From: Bdellovibrionales bacterium
GTDB taxonomy: Bacteria; Bdellovibrionota; Bdellovibrionia; Bdellovibrionales; UBA1609
Assembly (NCBI GenBank): GCA_027317865.1
Contig: DAHVQG010000001.1
Coordinates: 295,925 to 359,924 of the forward strand
Direction: 5' to 3'
DNA length: 64,000 bases
The notes under the pieces are model-generated. The model was not told the origin of the DNA, ran no database searches, and saw only the letters and a program-made list of their open reading frames with translations. Below are positions 1-10,009 of the stretch, one piece after another. Numbering within the stretch: the stretch's first letter is position 1; every line of letters starts with the position of its first letter. A program made the position numbers and the translations under genes.

Positions 1-2
1 AA

Positions 3-311
3 CGCTACAAAGTTTTTACGGCCCCAAGCGGCCGCACAGCGCTCGGCATACTGTCGGAAATCGCTCAACCAGACTTAATACTTCTTGATATGCAAATGGC
101 TGAAATGTCAGGTTTAGAGTTCATAACCGAACTTGAGAACACACGCCCCAGTATTTTAAAAAATGTTCCAATTGTTTTTCTTACCGGGATGAATGAGGTG
201 CCTGAAAGCAAAGCAACTGGAGTCATTAAAAAGCCGGTGGACATCGAAAACCTTTTAGTTTCAGTTCGCCGATTCATCGAACAGGGTCCGAAGCACCAAA
301 ACTCGCATTGA
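3..311 (+). CDS. CheY-like response regulator (5'-partial)
   Basis: Frame is open from the window edge: RYKVFTAPSGRTALGILSEIAQPDLILLDMQMAEMSGLEF...VPIVFLTG...KKPVD, which carries the receiver-domain motifs. Confidence 0.85.
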   Translation, partial: RYKVFTAPSGRTALGILSEIAQPDLILLDMQMAEMSGLEFITELENTRPSILKNVPIVFLTGMNEVPESKATGVIKKPVDIENLLVSVRRFIEQGPKHQNSH

Positions 312-3300
312 TTGAGATCAGTCCGTCAAAACTTTAAGGCCCCCAGAATGAGCAAGAGTAAGAAATCAAAGCAACAACGCAGACGAATTCCTATTGTTGG
401 CATCGGCGCTTCGGCGGGCGGACTTGCCGCCATTATCGAAGTACTTCACTCTTTGCCACGGGACTCGAACGTTGCAATCGTACTCATCCAGCATCTTGCT
501 CGTGACCACGAAAGTCTTGGGCCCGAGATCTTATCGCGTAACACCAAGATACCTGTGCTCGTAGCTGAAAATAATATGATGGTTGAAGTAAACCATGTGT
601 ATTTGATTCCACCAAATTTCGAAATGACCCTGTTACGCGGTAGATTGAAATTAAACCCGCTAGAAAAGAAACGTATAGGCCACCAATTGGTGATCGATTC
701 GTTTTTTCGATCGCTTGCAAATGATCAAAAGCAGCTCGCAATTGGAGTTGTCTTATCCGGAACCGCGACAGACGGAACTCAAGGACTTCAGGCAATAAAA
801 TCCGTCGGCGGACTGACAATAGTCCAAGACCCCAACACGGCCGAATATCGCGGAATGCCTGAAAGCGCGATCGCTTCAGCGGCTGTCGACTTAGTTTTAT
901 CCCCACAAAAAATTGCTAGCGAGTTGGTTAGATTTGCGAAAAAACCTCATAAGAAACGTATAGACGGCGCCACAGATTCACCCGAAGGCAGGGCACTACA
1001 AACAATATATTCGGTGTTAAAATCACAGATGCATATTGATTTTGCCGATTATAAACAATCGACCTTAGTCAGGCGCATTAAACGGCGAATGATGACGAAG
1101 CGACATCGTGACTTTGCTGCCTATGCTAAATTTTTAAGAAAAAATCCCAAAGAGGTTAAAGATCTCTACGCCGACATTTTCATTCATGTGACCCAGTTTT
1201 TTCGCGATCCGAAGTCGTTTGAAAAGCTTCGAACCGTCGTCTTTCCGCAAGTTGTAAAAAACAAGAGTGCAACAAAAGCGGTACGAATTTGGGTTCCGGG
1301 TTGTTCGACAGGCGAAGAAGTTTATTCAATTGCAATTATGCTGATAGAATTTTTAACCCGTACTAAACTTTCAATTCCGATTCAGATATTTGCGACGGAT
1401 ATCAGTGAACCCGCAATACGAAAGGCAAGATTGGGGGAATATTCGAGTGATATAGAACATTCAGTTAGCAAAGACCGGCTTCGAAAGTTTTTCGAAAAGA
1501 CCGAAAAAGGCTATCAGGTCAATCAGACCCTGCGCGACATGTGTCTGTTTACAAAACATGACGTATCTGTTGATCCGCCATTTTCAAAGCTCGATCTCAT
1601 TTCTTGCCGCAACGTTTTGATTTATTTTGCGACCGACTTACAAAAACGGGTTATACCTCTGTTTCACTACGCATTGAATCCGAACGGGTTTCTATTTTTG
1701 GGTGGCTCTGAAAGTCTGGGGAGATATTCAAACCTCTTCACCCCTGCCGACAAAGCTTCAAAGCTCTATATGAAAAAAAACGTACCAACACCTGCCCTGC
1801 ATCAAGCTCTGTTGGCCATAGGCGAAAAAGCGGTGCGTATACCGCGCTTACCATTTGCGAAAATGGCCCGCGCTAGTGATAACCAAAGATACGCCGACAA
1901 GATCGCGATATCGAGGTATGCCCCGCCCTCGGTTACGGTTAGTTCTGACTTGGAGATTCTGCAGTTTCAAGGACGAACCGCCCCATATCTCGAACCGAAC
2001 ACTGGCCCGCCAACCAATAATCTATTCAAGATGGTTCGCCCCGAACTTCTGCACAACCTTCGCTCTGCCGTTCATTCGGCCATCAAAAGAAATAGGTCTG
2101 TTCGATTAGCGAATTTATCGGTCGAATTCGAGGGCGATCGCAAATATCTCAATATTGAGGTGGTACCAGCAAACCCGGCGGCTCCCCCAAAGCTTCGTAA
2201 TTATGTGATCTTTTTCGAGGATGAAACCCTCCAACACGTTAAAGTTAAGGACAGCCAAAAAAGACGTCCCGCGAGAAAAACAATTCGTGAGAGCCGTAAA
2301 GACCGCATCGACCAATTGGAACAACAGCTGTTTGATAGTCGGCGCGCAAATAGTGATTTAGCCAAAGAGTTCGAGACAGTTCAAGAAGAGCTGACTGATC
2401 TGAACGAAGAGTTACAAAGCACGAATGAAGATTTGCAAAGTACGAATGAAGAGGTTGAGACGTCCAAAGAAGAACTGCAATCATCTAATGAAGAACTGAC
2501 CACAATCAATGATGAGCTGCAAAGTCGAAACGCCGATTTAGTGCTGCTCAGTAGTGACCTGAACAACGTTCTGAACAGTGTTGAGATACCGATTGTCATT
2601 GTCGGCAAATCGTGTCGAATTCGACGCTTTACGCCGCCCGCGCAATTTTTATTTAACTTAATTCCTGGCGACATCGGTCGGCCGCTCAGTGACATTAATC
2701 GTAGTTTCGATCTCAATTTAGAAGCTCTCGTAAAAAAGGCCATGAAGGCTCGTAGCCAACAAGAATGCGAGATTCAAATCCGGTCGGGCAAGTGGATGCG
2801 CCTTCAAGTTCGCCCAATTAAAACCGTTGAAAATCGGGTTGATGGCGCGGTTATTTCATTGATTGATATCACATTTCTAAAAGAAAATCTTATCGAAAGC
2901 CAATCGGCCCTAGAATATGCCAAAGCCGTTGCTGATACGCTTCCGCTACCTTTGCTTGTTATTGACGAAAATCTTCACTTATTGTCGGCAAATAAGAGCT
3001 TCGAAAAATTATTCAAAATAGATCTAAGCAAAAACACCGGAGTTAATATTGTAAGATTACTAGGTCAGTATTCTGATAAACTCAAAAGTATCAAAAAGCA
3101 TCTCAACGATGTGATTCACAAGAACCGCGAATTTACCGGTCACGAAGTCTCGATCGAGGTGCCTGGTTTAGGAAATCGACAGTTCTCGCTCACCGCAAAT
3201 TTAATTAGATGGCGAACGTCGATGCCGAGAGCTCTTCTGTTGTCGATTGAAGACGTTACGGAACGCAATCGCTTGTTAAAAAATGAAAAAAAGGCTCGCG

Positions 3301-4517
3301 CGCTGGCCGATCAGGCTCTAAGGGATGCGAAGCTCGCCAGTGAAACCAAAGATCTTTTTCTCGCGACCTTATCTCATGAATTGAGAACACCGCTATCTTC
3401 CATTTTGTCTTGGGCTCAATTAATTCAAAGATCGGATTTAGATCCTGAGAAGCTAAAGCACGGACTTGAAACAATTGAACGGTCGGCGAAAGCTCAAGGT
3501 CAATTGATCGAAGATCTTCTCGATATTGCACGAATTCAATCGGGTAAACTCAAGATGAACTTTAAAGACGTCAATCCATTTGAGCCGGTTAACTCCACTA
3601 TTACGGCTCTACGCCCAGTAGCGGAAAAAGCCGGTATCAAGATTAATTTTGAATCAAATCTGAAATCAGAGATAATTTCGGGCGCCCCAGAACGCATTCA
3701 ACAAATGGTATGGAATCTTCTCAGCAACGCGATTAAATTTTCGCCGGGCGGCTCTACAATTGATGTCGCTCTTGGCGTCAGTTATGAAGGCACCAGAAAA
3801 TTCGTTTCGATTAAAGTGATCGATCATGGCAAGGGCATAAAACCTGATTTTTTGCCTAGGCTTTTTGAACGATTTTCGCAGGCCGATAACAGTTCCATTC
3901 GATTGCATGGCGGACTGGGATTGGGATTGGCGCTTGTTCGCGAGCTATCGGAGCTTCAAGGCGGTAAAGTGAGAGCCGAAAGTGCCGGACTGAATCAAGG
4001 TGCGACTTTCACGATCCTTCTGCCGGTGAAATCAACGGTTGCGAGCAGTTCGGGCAATATTGCACCTGATGACAAAGATTCTATCGAGCCAAGCATACCT
4101 CCGAGCCTCTCTGGCATCTGCGTGATGGTTGTCGAAGACGACGTCAACACGTTAGATGCGTTAACAGAAACGCTGATTTCATTTGGTGCAAAAGTTATTC
4201 AACATTCAAACGCTCCGGCAGCGCTTAACGATTTTCCGATAAGCAAACCAGACTTACTGGTGAGTGATATCGGACTACCTGGTGAGGACGGTTATAGTCT
4301 TATTCGCAAAATTCGAAGCCTTAAACCTGAACAAAATAACAATATCCCAGCGCTGGCTCTGACCGCTTACGCGAAACAGGTCGACATCAATCGCGCTCTA
4401 GATGCTGGTTTTGATGATCATATGTCTAAGCCATTTGATACTCACAAACTCGGCAATGCCATTGCAAAACTCGCTCGATCATTACCACGCTTAAAAAGCG
4501 CAGTCGACATTCCTTAA
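312..4517 (+). CDS. CheB methylesterase-CheR methyltransferase-PAS-histidine kinase-receiver hybrid
   Basis: GIGASAGG (CheB), VTQFFRD / WVPGCSTGEE / DLISCRNVLIYF (CheR), EELQS coiled coil, SHELRTPL H-box, NAIKF, GLGLGL and a C-terminal receiver (SDIGLP, KPF). The start may be ATG 348. Confidence 0.93.
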   Translation: MRSVRQNFKAPRMSKSKKSKQQRRRIPIVGIGASAGGLAAIIEVLHSLPRDSNVAIVLIQHLARDHESLGPEILSRNTKIPVLVAENNMMVEVNHVYLIPPNFEMTLLRGRLKLNPLEKKRIGHQLVIDSFFRSLANDQKQLAIGVVLSGTATDGTQGLQAIKSVGGLTIVQDPNTAEYRGMPESAIASAAVDLVLSPQKIASELVRFAKKPHKKRIDGATDSPEGRALQTIYSVLKSQMHIDFADYKQSTLVRRIKRRMMTKRHRDFAAYAKFLRKNPKEVKDLYADIFIHVTQFFRDPKSFEKLRTVVFPQVVKNKSATKAVRIWVPGCSTGEEVYSIAIMLIEFLTRTKLSIPIQIFATDISEPAIRKARLGEYSSDIEHSVSKDRLRKFFEKTEKGYQVNQTLRDMCLFTKHDVSVDPPFSKLDLISCRNVLIYFATDLQKRVIPLFHYALNPNGFLFLGGSESLGRYSNLFTPADKASKLYMKKNVPTPALHQALLAIGEKAVRIPRLPFAKMARASDNQRYADKIAISRYAPPSVTVSSDLEILQFQGRTAPYLEPNTGPPTNNLFKMVRPELLHNLRSAVHSAIKRNRSVRLANLSVEFEGDRKYLNIEVVPANPAAPPKLRNYVIFFEDETLQHVKVKDSQKRRPARKTIRESRKDRIDQLEQQLFDSRRANSDLAKEFETVQEELTDLNEELQSTNEDLQSTNEEVETSKEELQSSNEELTTINDELQSRNADLVLLSSDLNNVLNSVEIPIVIVGKSCRIRRFTPPAQFLFNLIPGDIGRPLSDINRSFDLNLEALVKKAMKARSQQECEIQIRSGKWMRLQVRPIKTVENRVDGAVISLIDITFLKENLIESQSALEYAKAVADTLPLPLLVIDENLHLLSANKSFEKLFKIDLSKNTGVNIVRLLGQYSDKLKSIKKHLNDVIHKNREFTGHEVSIEVPGLGNRQFSLTANLIRWRTSMPRALLLSIEDVTERNRLLKNEKKARALADQALRDAKLASETKDLFLATLSHELRTPLSSILSWAQLIQRSDLDPEKLKHGLETIERSAKAQGQLIEDLLDIARIQSGKLKMNFKDVNPFEPVNSTITALRPVAEKAGIKINFESNLKSEIISGAPERIQQMVWNLLSNAIKFSPGGSTIDVALGVSYEGTRKFVSIKVIDHGKGIKPDFLPRLFERFSQADNSSIRLHGGLGLGLALVRELSELQGGKVRAESAGLNQGATFTILLPVKSTVASSSGNIAPDDKDSIEPSIPPSLSGICVMVVEDDVNTLDALTETLISFGAKVIQHSNAPAALNDFPISKPDLLVSDIGLPGEDGYSLIRKIRSLKPEQNNNIPALALTAYAKQVDINRALDAGFDDHMSKPFDTHKLGNAIAKLARSLPRLKSAVDIP

Positions 4518-4599
4518 TTGCTGCCCGGGCGCTGCCGTTAAGAAACGCGCTTGTGGGGCCTCCGAGAGCGAGATACTTGCCAACTACGCCGAATCGATT

Positions 4600-4619
4600 T
4601 TTTGCCACACTTTTGCCAC
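4600..4619 (+). repeat. Tandem TTTTGCCAC direct repeat, candidate integrase arm-type sites
   Basis: TTTTGCCAC at 4600-4608 and 4611-4619, about 125 bp from the tRNA fragment. Confidence 0.5.
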
Positions 4620-4743
4620 GAAATGGGCTCAAAAGTGCTCAACTCGGATAAAATTCGATAAACTCTAGACAACGTGGGTAAGCTCTCGTGGTTATTTGTT
4701 TTTTGCCGCTAACTCAACTACTTATGTTTACTCGCTTCGCCAG

Positions 4744-4788
4744 TTCGTAATGCGTAGGTCGCCGGTTCGATTCCGGCCGTCGGCTCCA
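4744..4788 (+). tRNA. 3' half of tRNA-Thr(CGT); probable att-site duplication, not a full tRNA
   Basis: TTCGTAA anticodon loop, TGCGT, AGGTC, T-arm GCCGG-TTCGATT-CCGGC, acceptor strand CGTCGGC-T-CCA. The upstream sequence lacks the matching 5' acceptor, D-arm and ACGCA anticodon stem. Confidence 0.8.
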
Positions 4789-4965
4789 CAAAATCACAGT
4801 TAGATTTCGCCCGTCTCACGCAAAGCTAGAAAAGTTCAAACGCAACAAGTAGTTGAAATTACTGGGGGCCGATTTCGTTCCTTTTCGCAAACAACAGCCA
4901 AGAACAGCGCAAACCAGTCACGTTCCCTGCTGATATGTAGTGCTCCCCGGATTTCAACACTAATT

Positions 4966-5787
4966 TTACGCAATTTTTTGGATGGTTTGCCTCCTTTCGT
5001 AGTACTGAACGGGCGTTAAATAGTTTAACGACTGATGGGGCCGGTCGTTGTTGTACTTTGAGATCCATTCGTCGACCGCGGCCTTGGCTTCGACAAAGTT
5101 TTCGAAGCGATGTTGCCAGACGCATTCTTCTTTGAGTGATCTAAAGAACCTCTCGACAACGGCGTTGCCTTTTGGCGTGTTAACCATCGTTCGCGTGTGA
5201 TTGATTCCAAGGCGCCTAATTTCATCTTTGAAGATCCTCGCGCCGTAGTGGCAACCATTATCAGAGCGAAGCTCAAGACTCTCTACGGGCCTTGCGCTTG
5301 CCGCTTCAGCCAGTGCCATCACACCACCAAGAGCCGAGCAGCTTTGACTGAAGTGATATCCAAGTAAATTTTTATCATGGTGGTCGATGACCGCATGAAG
5401 GTAGCACCAGGCATCTTTGCCGCACCAAATGTAGGTCATGTCGATTCCCCACAGTACATTCGATCGTTCGGCTTGTGTTTTGTGTGCAAACGGCACACCC
5501 TTAAACATTTTCTTGTGCGAGTGCGATGGTGGCATCAGCAATCCCTTTTGTCGCATGATCCTGTAGACGCGTTTTCGACTGATCGTTAAGCCGTATTTCG
5601 CTCTTAAAACAGCCGTGACTCGACGATAACCGTAAACCGGTAATTCTCGTGCGATCTCTTCAATATTTTTTAGCACTTGTTCGTCGCTTTTCATTTTTTT
5701 ATTTCTCCGTTTCTTTTTTATTTTGTTTTTCAGAATAAAATAAACCCTTTGGCGTGAGAGCCCGAGTGCCTGAGCAAGGGTTCGCAC
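4966..5787 (-). CDS. IS3-family transposase OrfB (DDE/rve)
   Basis: YGYRRVTAVL HTH_21, WGIDMTYI, SDNGCHY, NAVVERFFRSLKEE, YNNDRPHQSL. Confidence 0.93.
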   Translation of the reverse strand: MRTLAQALGLSRQRVYFILKNKIKKKRRNKKMKSDEQVLKNIEEIARELPVYGYRRVTAVLRAKYGLTISRKRVYRIMRQKGLLMPPSHSHKKMFKGVPFAHKTQAERSNVLWGIDMTYIWCGKDAWCYLHAVIDHHDKNLLGYHFSQSCSALGGVMALAEAASARPVESLELRSDNGCHYGARIFKDEIRRLGINHTRTMVNTPKGNAVVERFFRSLKEECVWQHRFENFVEAKAAVDEWISKYNNDRPHQSLNYLTPVQYYERRQTIQKIA

Positions 5788-5833
5788 GTCATACTGATCT
5801 CGATATTTTTCGATGATCTGGCGGGTTTTAGAT

Positions 5834-6205
5834 TTACTCGTCGCTGATTTTTTTTAAGAGCTCTTTTTCAAGAGTCAGCTCACCAATGCAACGTTCGAGA
5901 ACTCGAATTTTTTTCTCGAGTTCACCTTCGCGTTGGGTTTTGCCACCGTTGGCCATGAGCCCTTCTTTGCCCGAAGCCAAAAACTTCTCTCGCCACTCGT
6001 AATAGAGCGACGGGGTCACATTATTAAGCTTACAAAGAGTCGTAACTGGCACTTTGCCGTGCATTCCATTAAGTACCAGTTGAACCTTTTCATCAGCTCG
6101 CCAGTAGTCTTCTAGTTGCCTCTTAACTACATAGCTTGAATAGTCGGGGGTATTAGCCATTTGCTGCTCCATAAGATACTCCATATCTAACATAAGTTGG
6201 GTCAA
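5834..6205 (-). CDS. IS3-family transposase OrfA (HTH)
   Basis: EKVQLVL...VTPSLYYEWREKF...LEKKIRVLERCIGELTLEKELLKK. Exact start is uncertain. Confidence 0.85.
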   Translation of the reverse strand: MTQLMLDMEYLMEQQMANTPDYSSYVVKRQLEDYWRADEKVQLVLNGMHGKVPVTTLCKLNNVTPSLYYEWREKFLASGKEGLMANGGKTQREGELEKKIRVLERCIGELTLEKELLKKISDE

Positions 6206-7302
6206 GGGTTCGCAATATTGCTGACAGACTCTCCGGATGATACTGTCAACGACTTATCGGGGAGCAGTATAAAAACCTGACTTAAGTTAATCTTTCGTTT
6301 GTTGAAGCAAATACGTCCACAGCAGGTGACTGTGATTGTCTTGTCGTGCATTGGGTATTCGACGTTTGGCAGGCCGTTGTATTTGCGATTTGAAGTTGTG
6401 TAGTGATCAGCTGGGCACTTCATCTCAAGTGCCTGGTGTGGACGTTCGTGGTTAAACTCTTGTTTAAAGGCATCGAACTTTTCTTGCTGCTGTAAAAGGT
6501 TTTGTCCCGGTGGTCTGGTGGTTTCTTTTTTGAGTGTTAAATGCATGCGCTCATGCCGGCCGTTTTGTTCGGGGTGACCTGGTTTTATGCGCTCGATTTC
6601 GATGCCAAGGCGAAGCCACCAGACCGATAGTTTGCTTAAACCAAAGATCGAATGAGCGCTGGCAAACGGTACTCCGTTGTCTGTTCGTATCGCCTTTGGC
6701 AACCCATACTCTTTGAAGGTATTTTCAAAAACTGTGAACGCAAATTGTTCTTTTGTTGTCTCAAGCGCTTCGCAACAGATGAGATAGCGGCTGCTAAAAT
6801 CAGTTATTGTCAGTGGGTAACAGTAGATCTTATTGCCCATCATAAACTCACCCTTGTAATCTGCGCACCAGAGATCATTTGCCTGATTTGTGTAAGACAG
6901 TGCTGTACCTTCAGCCCTATACCGTCTGCGCTTTCGTTTTGTGACAAGACCGTGACGATCAAGCACCGCATGTACAGTACTTGTGGCAGGCACCGGAATT
7001 TCGGGGTACTTTTTAATTAAGCGCTCACGGATTTTTGGTGCTCCCCAATTTGGTTTGTCGTTTTTTAAATGCACAATGAGATTTTCAACTTGAATCGGCA
7101 AACGATTGGCTAATTTGTAAGGTCGACGGCTACGATCAGACAGAGCCTGAAGCCCTGTTGCATGGTATCGACTCCAAATCTTGTATCCAGTTTTTCGAGA
7201 AATCCCGAACTCGCGGCACACTACCGCCATTTTCTCGCCATCTAGTAACCGAGCGACAAACTTCAGCTTTTCATCCATGACACTTAGCTCCCTCCAAGGC
7301 AT
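6202..7302 (-). pseudogene. IS481-family transposase, C-terminally truncated
   Basis: MPWRELSVMDEKLKFV, WCADYKG, RTDNGVPF, QNGRHERMH, NHERPHQAL. After KINLSQVF the ORF reads into the IS3 IR (ILLPDKS...). Confidence 0.85.
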
Positions 7303-7379
7303 AAGGCTCCCCCCTATGCCAAAAAAGTGTAACCTATGTCTCCGGAATAAAGTGTTACCTATGTGTCGGGAAGCTCACA
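6272..7379 (-). mobile_element. IS481-family element, 3'-truncated
   Basis: The intact end reads TGTGAGCTTCCCGACACATAGGTAACAC... on the minus strand, with an internal repeat ACATAGGT(A/T)ACAC. The opposite end is replaced by the IS3 element. Confidence 0.8.
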
Positions 7380-7471
7380 CTACACGAACCAGCAGTATAC
7401 TAATCGGATTTTCGTTGCGTGTAGTTCAGCGAATTTTGACTTAATTTATTCACTAGGTTAGTTGGAAGCAC

Positions 7472-7945
7472 ATGAAGTATTTGATGGTCCTACTTTTGTG
7501 TTCGGCAGTGAGCGCTTGTTCAACAAGCACAGAAACTCGTGAGGCGCCTCGAATGGCACTTACAGCTCTAGATGCCGTTGCGGGGGGCAACGAAATTGTA
7601 TTTAGTAAGCCCGGTGGCGTCGGTCCATACGACATAGACAACAAAACTCAAATTACGGTTCGAAGTCAAATTCCAATGGATTTATCGTGCGTCTCATTAA
7701 TGAACCATTTGGCCGTTGAGGTAATTGGCCCGTTGCCGACTTCGCATTTAGTCGCAACCGGAAAATTCAACAAAATTGGCAAATCAACTCTAATTACCCT
7801 AGCCAAGCGCGGAACGTACGATTTGACCCTGATTGATTCAAAAGGGGATCGAAAAATTCAATCAATTGCGTTTAGATCGACCATAGACGACGACCGCTTC
7901 AATCTTTATTTTCAGACTTGTACTAAGGCCCCGCGTCGTCGATAA
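7472..7945 (+). CDS. Hypothetical lipoprotein
   Basis: Signal peptide with lipobox VSAC. Confidence 0.65.
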   Translation: MKYLMVLLLCSAVSACSTSTETREAPRMALTALDAVAGGNEIVFSKPGGVGPYDIDNKTQITVRSQIPMDLSCVSLMNHLAVEVIGPLPTSHLVATGKFNKIGKSTLITLAKRGTYDLTLIDSKGDRKIQSIAFRSTIDDDRFNLYFQTCTKAPRRR

Positions 7946-7949
7946 CCTC

Positions 7950-8735
7950 TCAGCCGAGTTCAATTGGGGCATTGTTTGTCGCGCACCATTCGCTCCACGA
8001 GCCAGGGTATAGTTCAGACGGCATTTCTAATTCGGCTGCTATTAGAAGTAAAACGGCTGCGGTCACGCCAGATCCACAGTAGAAGACCGGATGTTCAAAA
8101 TTCAGTAGAGTTCGTAACTCGTTTAAAGGCAGAAATTTTCCGTCATTCGACATTGCACGCTTATAGTACAAGTTCACAGCGCCAGGGATGTGGCCCGCCT
8201 TCGGATCGATGGGCTCAACTTCACCGCGATATCGTTCGGGTGCCCTTGCGTCCACCAATTGACGCCCAAGAATCTGTTCTTTAGAAACAAAATTTATTAA
8301 AGGCGGGCGTTTGGTGAAGTTCTTTGCCTGAGGTTTTGTCGTTTCACCGCTTTCGATTGCCTTACCCGCTCGCCGCCAGGCCGACAAACCACCATTCAAA
8401 ACATAAACTTTTTCGTGCCCCATCCAACGCAACAACATCCATAAACGAGCCGCGCCGGAATGGTCGGTATCATCGTAAGCAACTACCGGGGTGTCTTGAT
8501 CAATGCCCAAGCGACAAAATAATCTGATAAGATCGGGCTCTGAGGGTAGCGGATGCCTTCCGTTTTGACCCGTTTTACGGCCAGAAAGATCAGACTCCAA
8601 GTCAACAAAAGTCGCTCCCGGGATGTGCGCCTCTTTGTATAGATTCACTGCTAATTTTGGGTCGCTTAATCGAAAACGAGCATCAATTAACCGCGCGTTG
8701 GGCGGAATATCTTCTATTTCAATTATATTTGTCAT
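7950..8735 (-). CDS. sseA: Two-domain rhodanese / 3-mercaptopyruvate sulfurtransferase
   Basis: HIPGA twice, GRHPLP, AARLWMLL, DARAPERYRG, CGSGVTA active site, YPGSWSEW. Confidence 0.9.
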   Translation of the reverse strand: MTNIIEIEDIPPNARLIDARFRLSDPKLAVNLYKEAHIPGATFVDLESDLSGRKTGQNGRHPLPSEPDLIRLFCRLGIDQDTPVVAYDDTDHSGAARLWMLLRWMGHEKVYVLNGGLSAWRRAGKAIESGETTKPQAKNFTKRPPLINFVSKEQILGRQLVDARAPERYRGEVEPIDPKAGHIPGAVNLYYKRAMSNDGKFLPLNELRTLLNFEHPVFYCGSGVTAAVLLLIAAELEMPSELYPGSWSEWCATNNAPIELG

Positions 8736-8773
8736 GTCGACAGTGTAGCTTCTTTAGGCTGGCAACGGTAGTT

Positions 8774-9757
8774 TTATGCCGCCTCAACCAATTTATGGCT
8801 GTAATGCGGGCGCACACGATCACGGAGAATTTCGTAAAGCTCCTCGCGCGATTGACCATTTGGATGAAGCCAACGATCGATATTGTTTGGCTTTAAAAAA
8901 ACGGGGCAACGTTCGTGGCCGGTTTCGGCAATTTCTTTTGGTGGATCATCCGTGATGATCGCGCAAGAATATAAATCAGGTTTGCCTTTTTGCTTATTCA
9001 CATCCCAGATCGTCGGGATGATCATGTAATCGGTATTGTCAGGTTCAAAAGAAAGAATCACACTTTTTCGCTCACGAAGTTCAGGGGCTAGCGAAAACTT
9101 CTCTAAATACTTTTCGGTAGGGACATGTTCATAAAATTTAGATACGATGACGATGCCGTGCTGCGTGCCGAAGACGGGCCGCCAAAATGGGTTCTCGAGA
9201 TTATCGAGACGGGCATTGTAGCAACCGCTAAATTTGCGATCGAAACTTTCGGCTTTGCCGCGCGGGCGCATGTGGTACCGAAATGGGGCCACAATTTTTT
9301 CGCCGGTTTCATCAACTGTAATCATTGAAAGATAACTCAATGGGAAAACGCTTTTTTCATCTTCAGAAATGTAGTCGGACGTATTGAATTTTTTAAGTTT
9401 AAATTTGATTTGGTCAATTTTATTTGTGGCAATTCGTTTTTCTTCAAGCGCTTTCTTCGTCGATTTTGCGCTCAAGCTGCGTTCGGCCAGCGTGAGTCGC
9501 GCTTGTTGTTTGAAAAGCTCTTCTTCAAGGAGGGTAATCTGATCTTTTCGCCATTTCAAAATCATCTCGGCGATATGCTTTTCTTGCGCTGATTTGGGGG
9601 CAACGAGAAACGGGTTCTCCATCGCTTTGTTGATCGTAAGTTTTTCGCCCTTTGCCCGCCGGGTAAAAATGTCCTCGTACATGTCGAGTTGCACACGAAC
9701 GCCGAATTTCATTCCGATTTCTTTTGCGTCTTGTTGGACCATCGCCGAGTAGCACAT
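8774..9757 (-). CDS. SOS response-associated peptidase (SRAP/HMCES family)
   Basis: N-terminal M-C-YSA with catalytic Cys2, YNARLD, FYE, AIITDDPP, GHERCP. Start reassigned to ATG 9757. Confidence 0.88.
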   Translation of the reverse strand: MCYSAMVQQDAKEIGMKFGVRVQLDMYEDIFTRRAKGEKLTINKAMENPFLVAPKSAQEKHIAEMILKWRKDQITLLEEELFKQQARLTLAERSLSAKSTKKALEEKRIATNKIDQIKFKLKKFNTSDYISEDEKSVFPLSYLSMITVDETGEKIVAPFRYHMRPRGKAESFDRKFSGCYNARLDNLENPFWRPVFGTQHGIVIVSKFYEHVPTEKYLEKFSLAPELRERKSVILSFEPDNTDYMIIPTIWDVNKQKGKPDLYSCAIITDDPPKEIAETGHERCPVFLKPNNIDRWLHPNGQSREELYEILRDRVRPHYSHKLVEAA

Positions 9758-10009
9758 GAACGGCATTATAGCGCTCGACGAAGAAATGCACAAATCTTCG
9801 AGCGGGAGGTTTTAAAAGCCATTAGCGTTGTCACACTCCTCCATCATTGTGGCTAGATGGTCTGTATCCATATCTAAACTCAGTTGAAATTTCACCTTGA
9901 TACGCGCGGCAATTTTTAACTCGAATCGACCGGCTCGGTGTCTATTTTTTATTCACTTGGGGGATTTGGACCAAAGTGTTGGCCCCCTAAGGCTGAATAA
10001 TCGGGGGAA

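Larger units (their letters stand above)
4936..6271 (-). mobile_element. IS3-family insertion sequence (~1.34 kb)
   Basis: Imperfect terminal IRs TGTAGTGCTCCCCG (4936) and TATACTGCTCCCCG (reverse complement ending 6271) enclose orfA and orfB. Confidence 0.85.

Noticed and set aside
4705-4788. Intact tRNA-Thr gene
   Set aside because: The 5' half cannot form the acceptor, D or anticodon stems; only the 3' 45 nt are tRNA-like.
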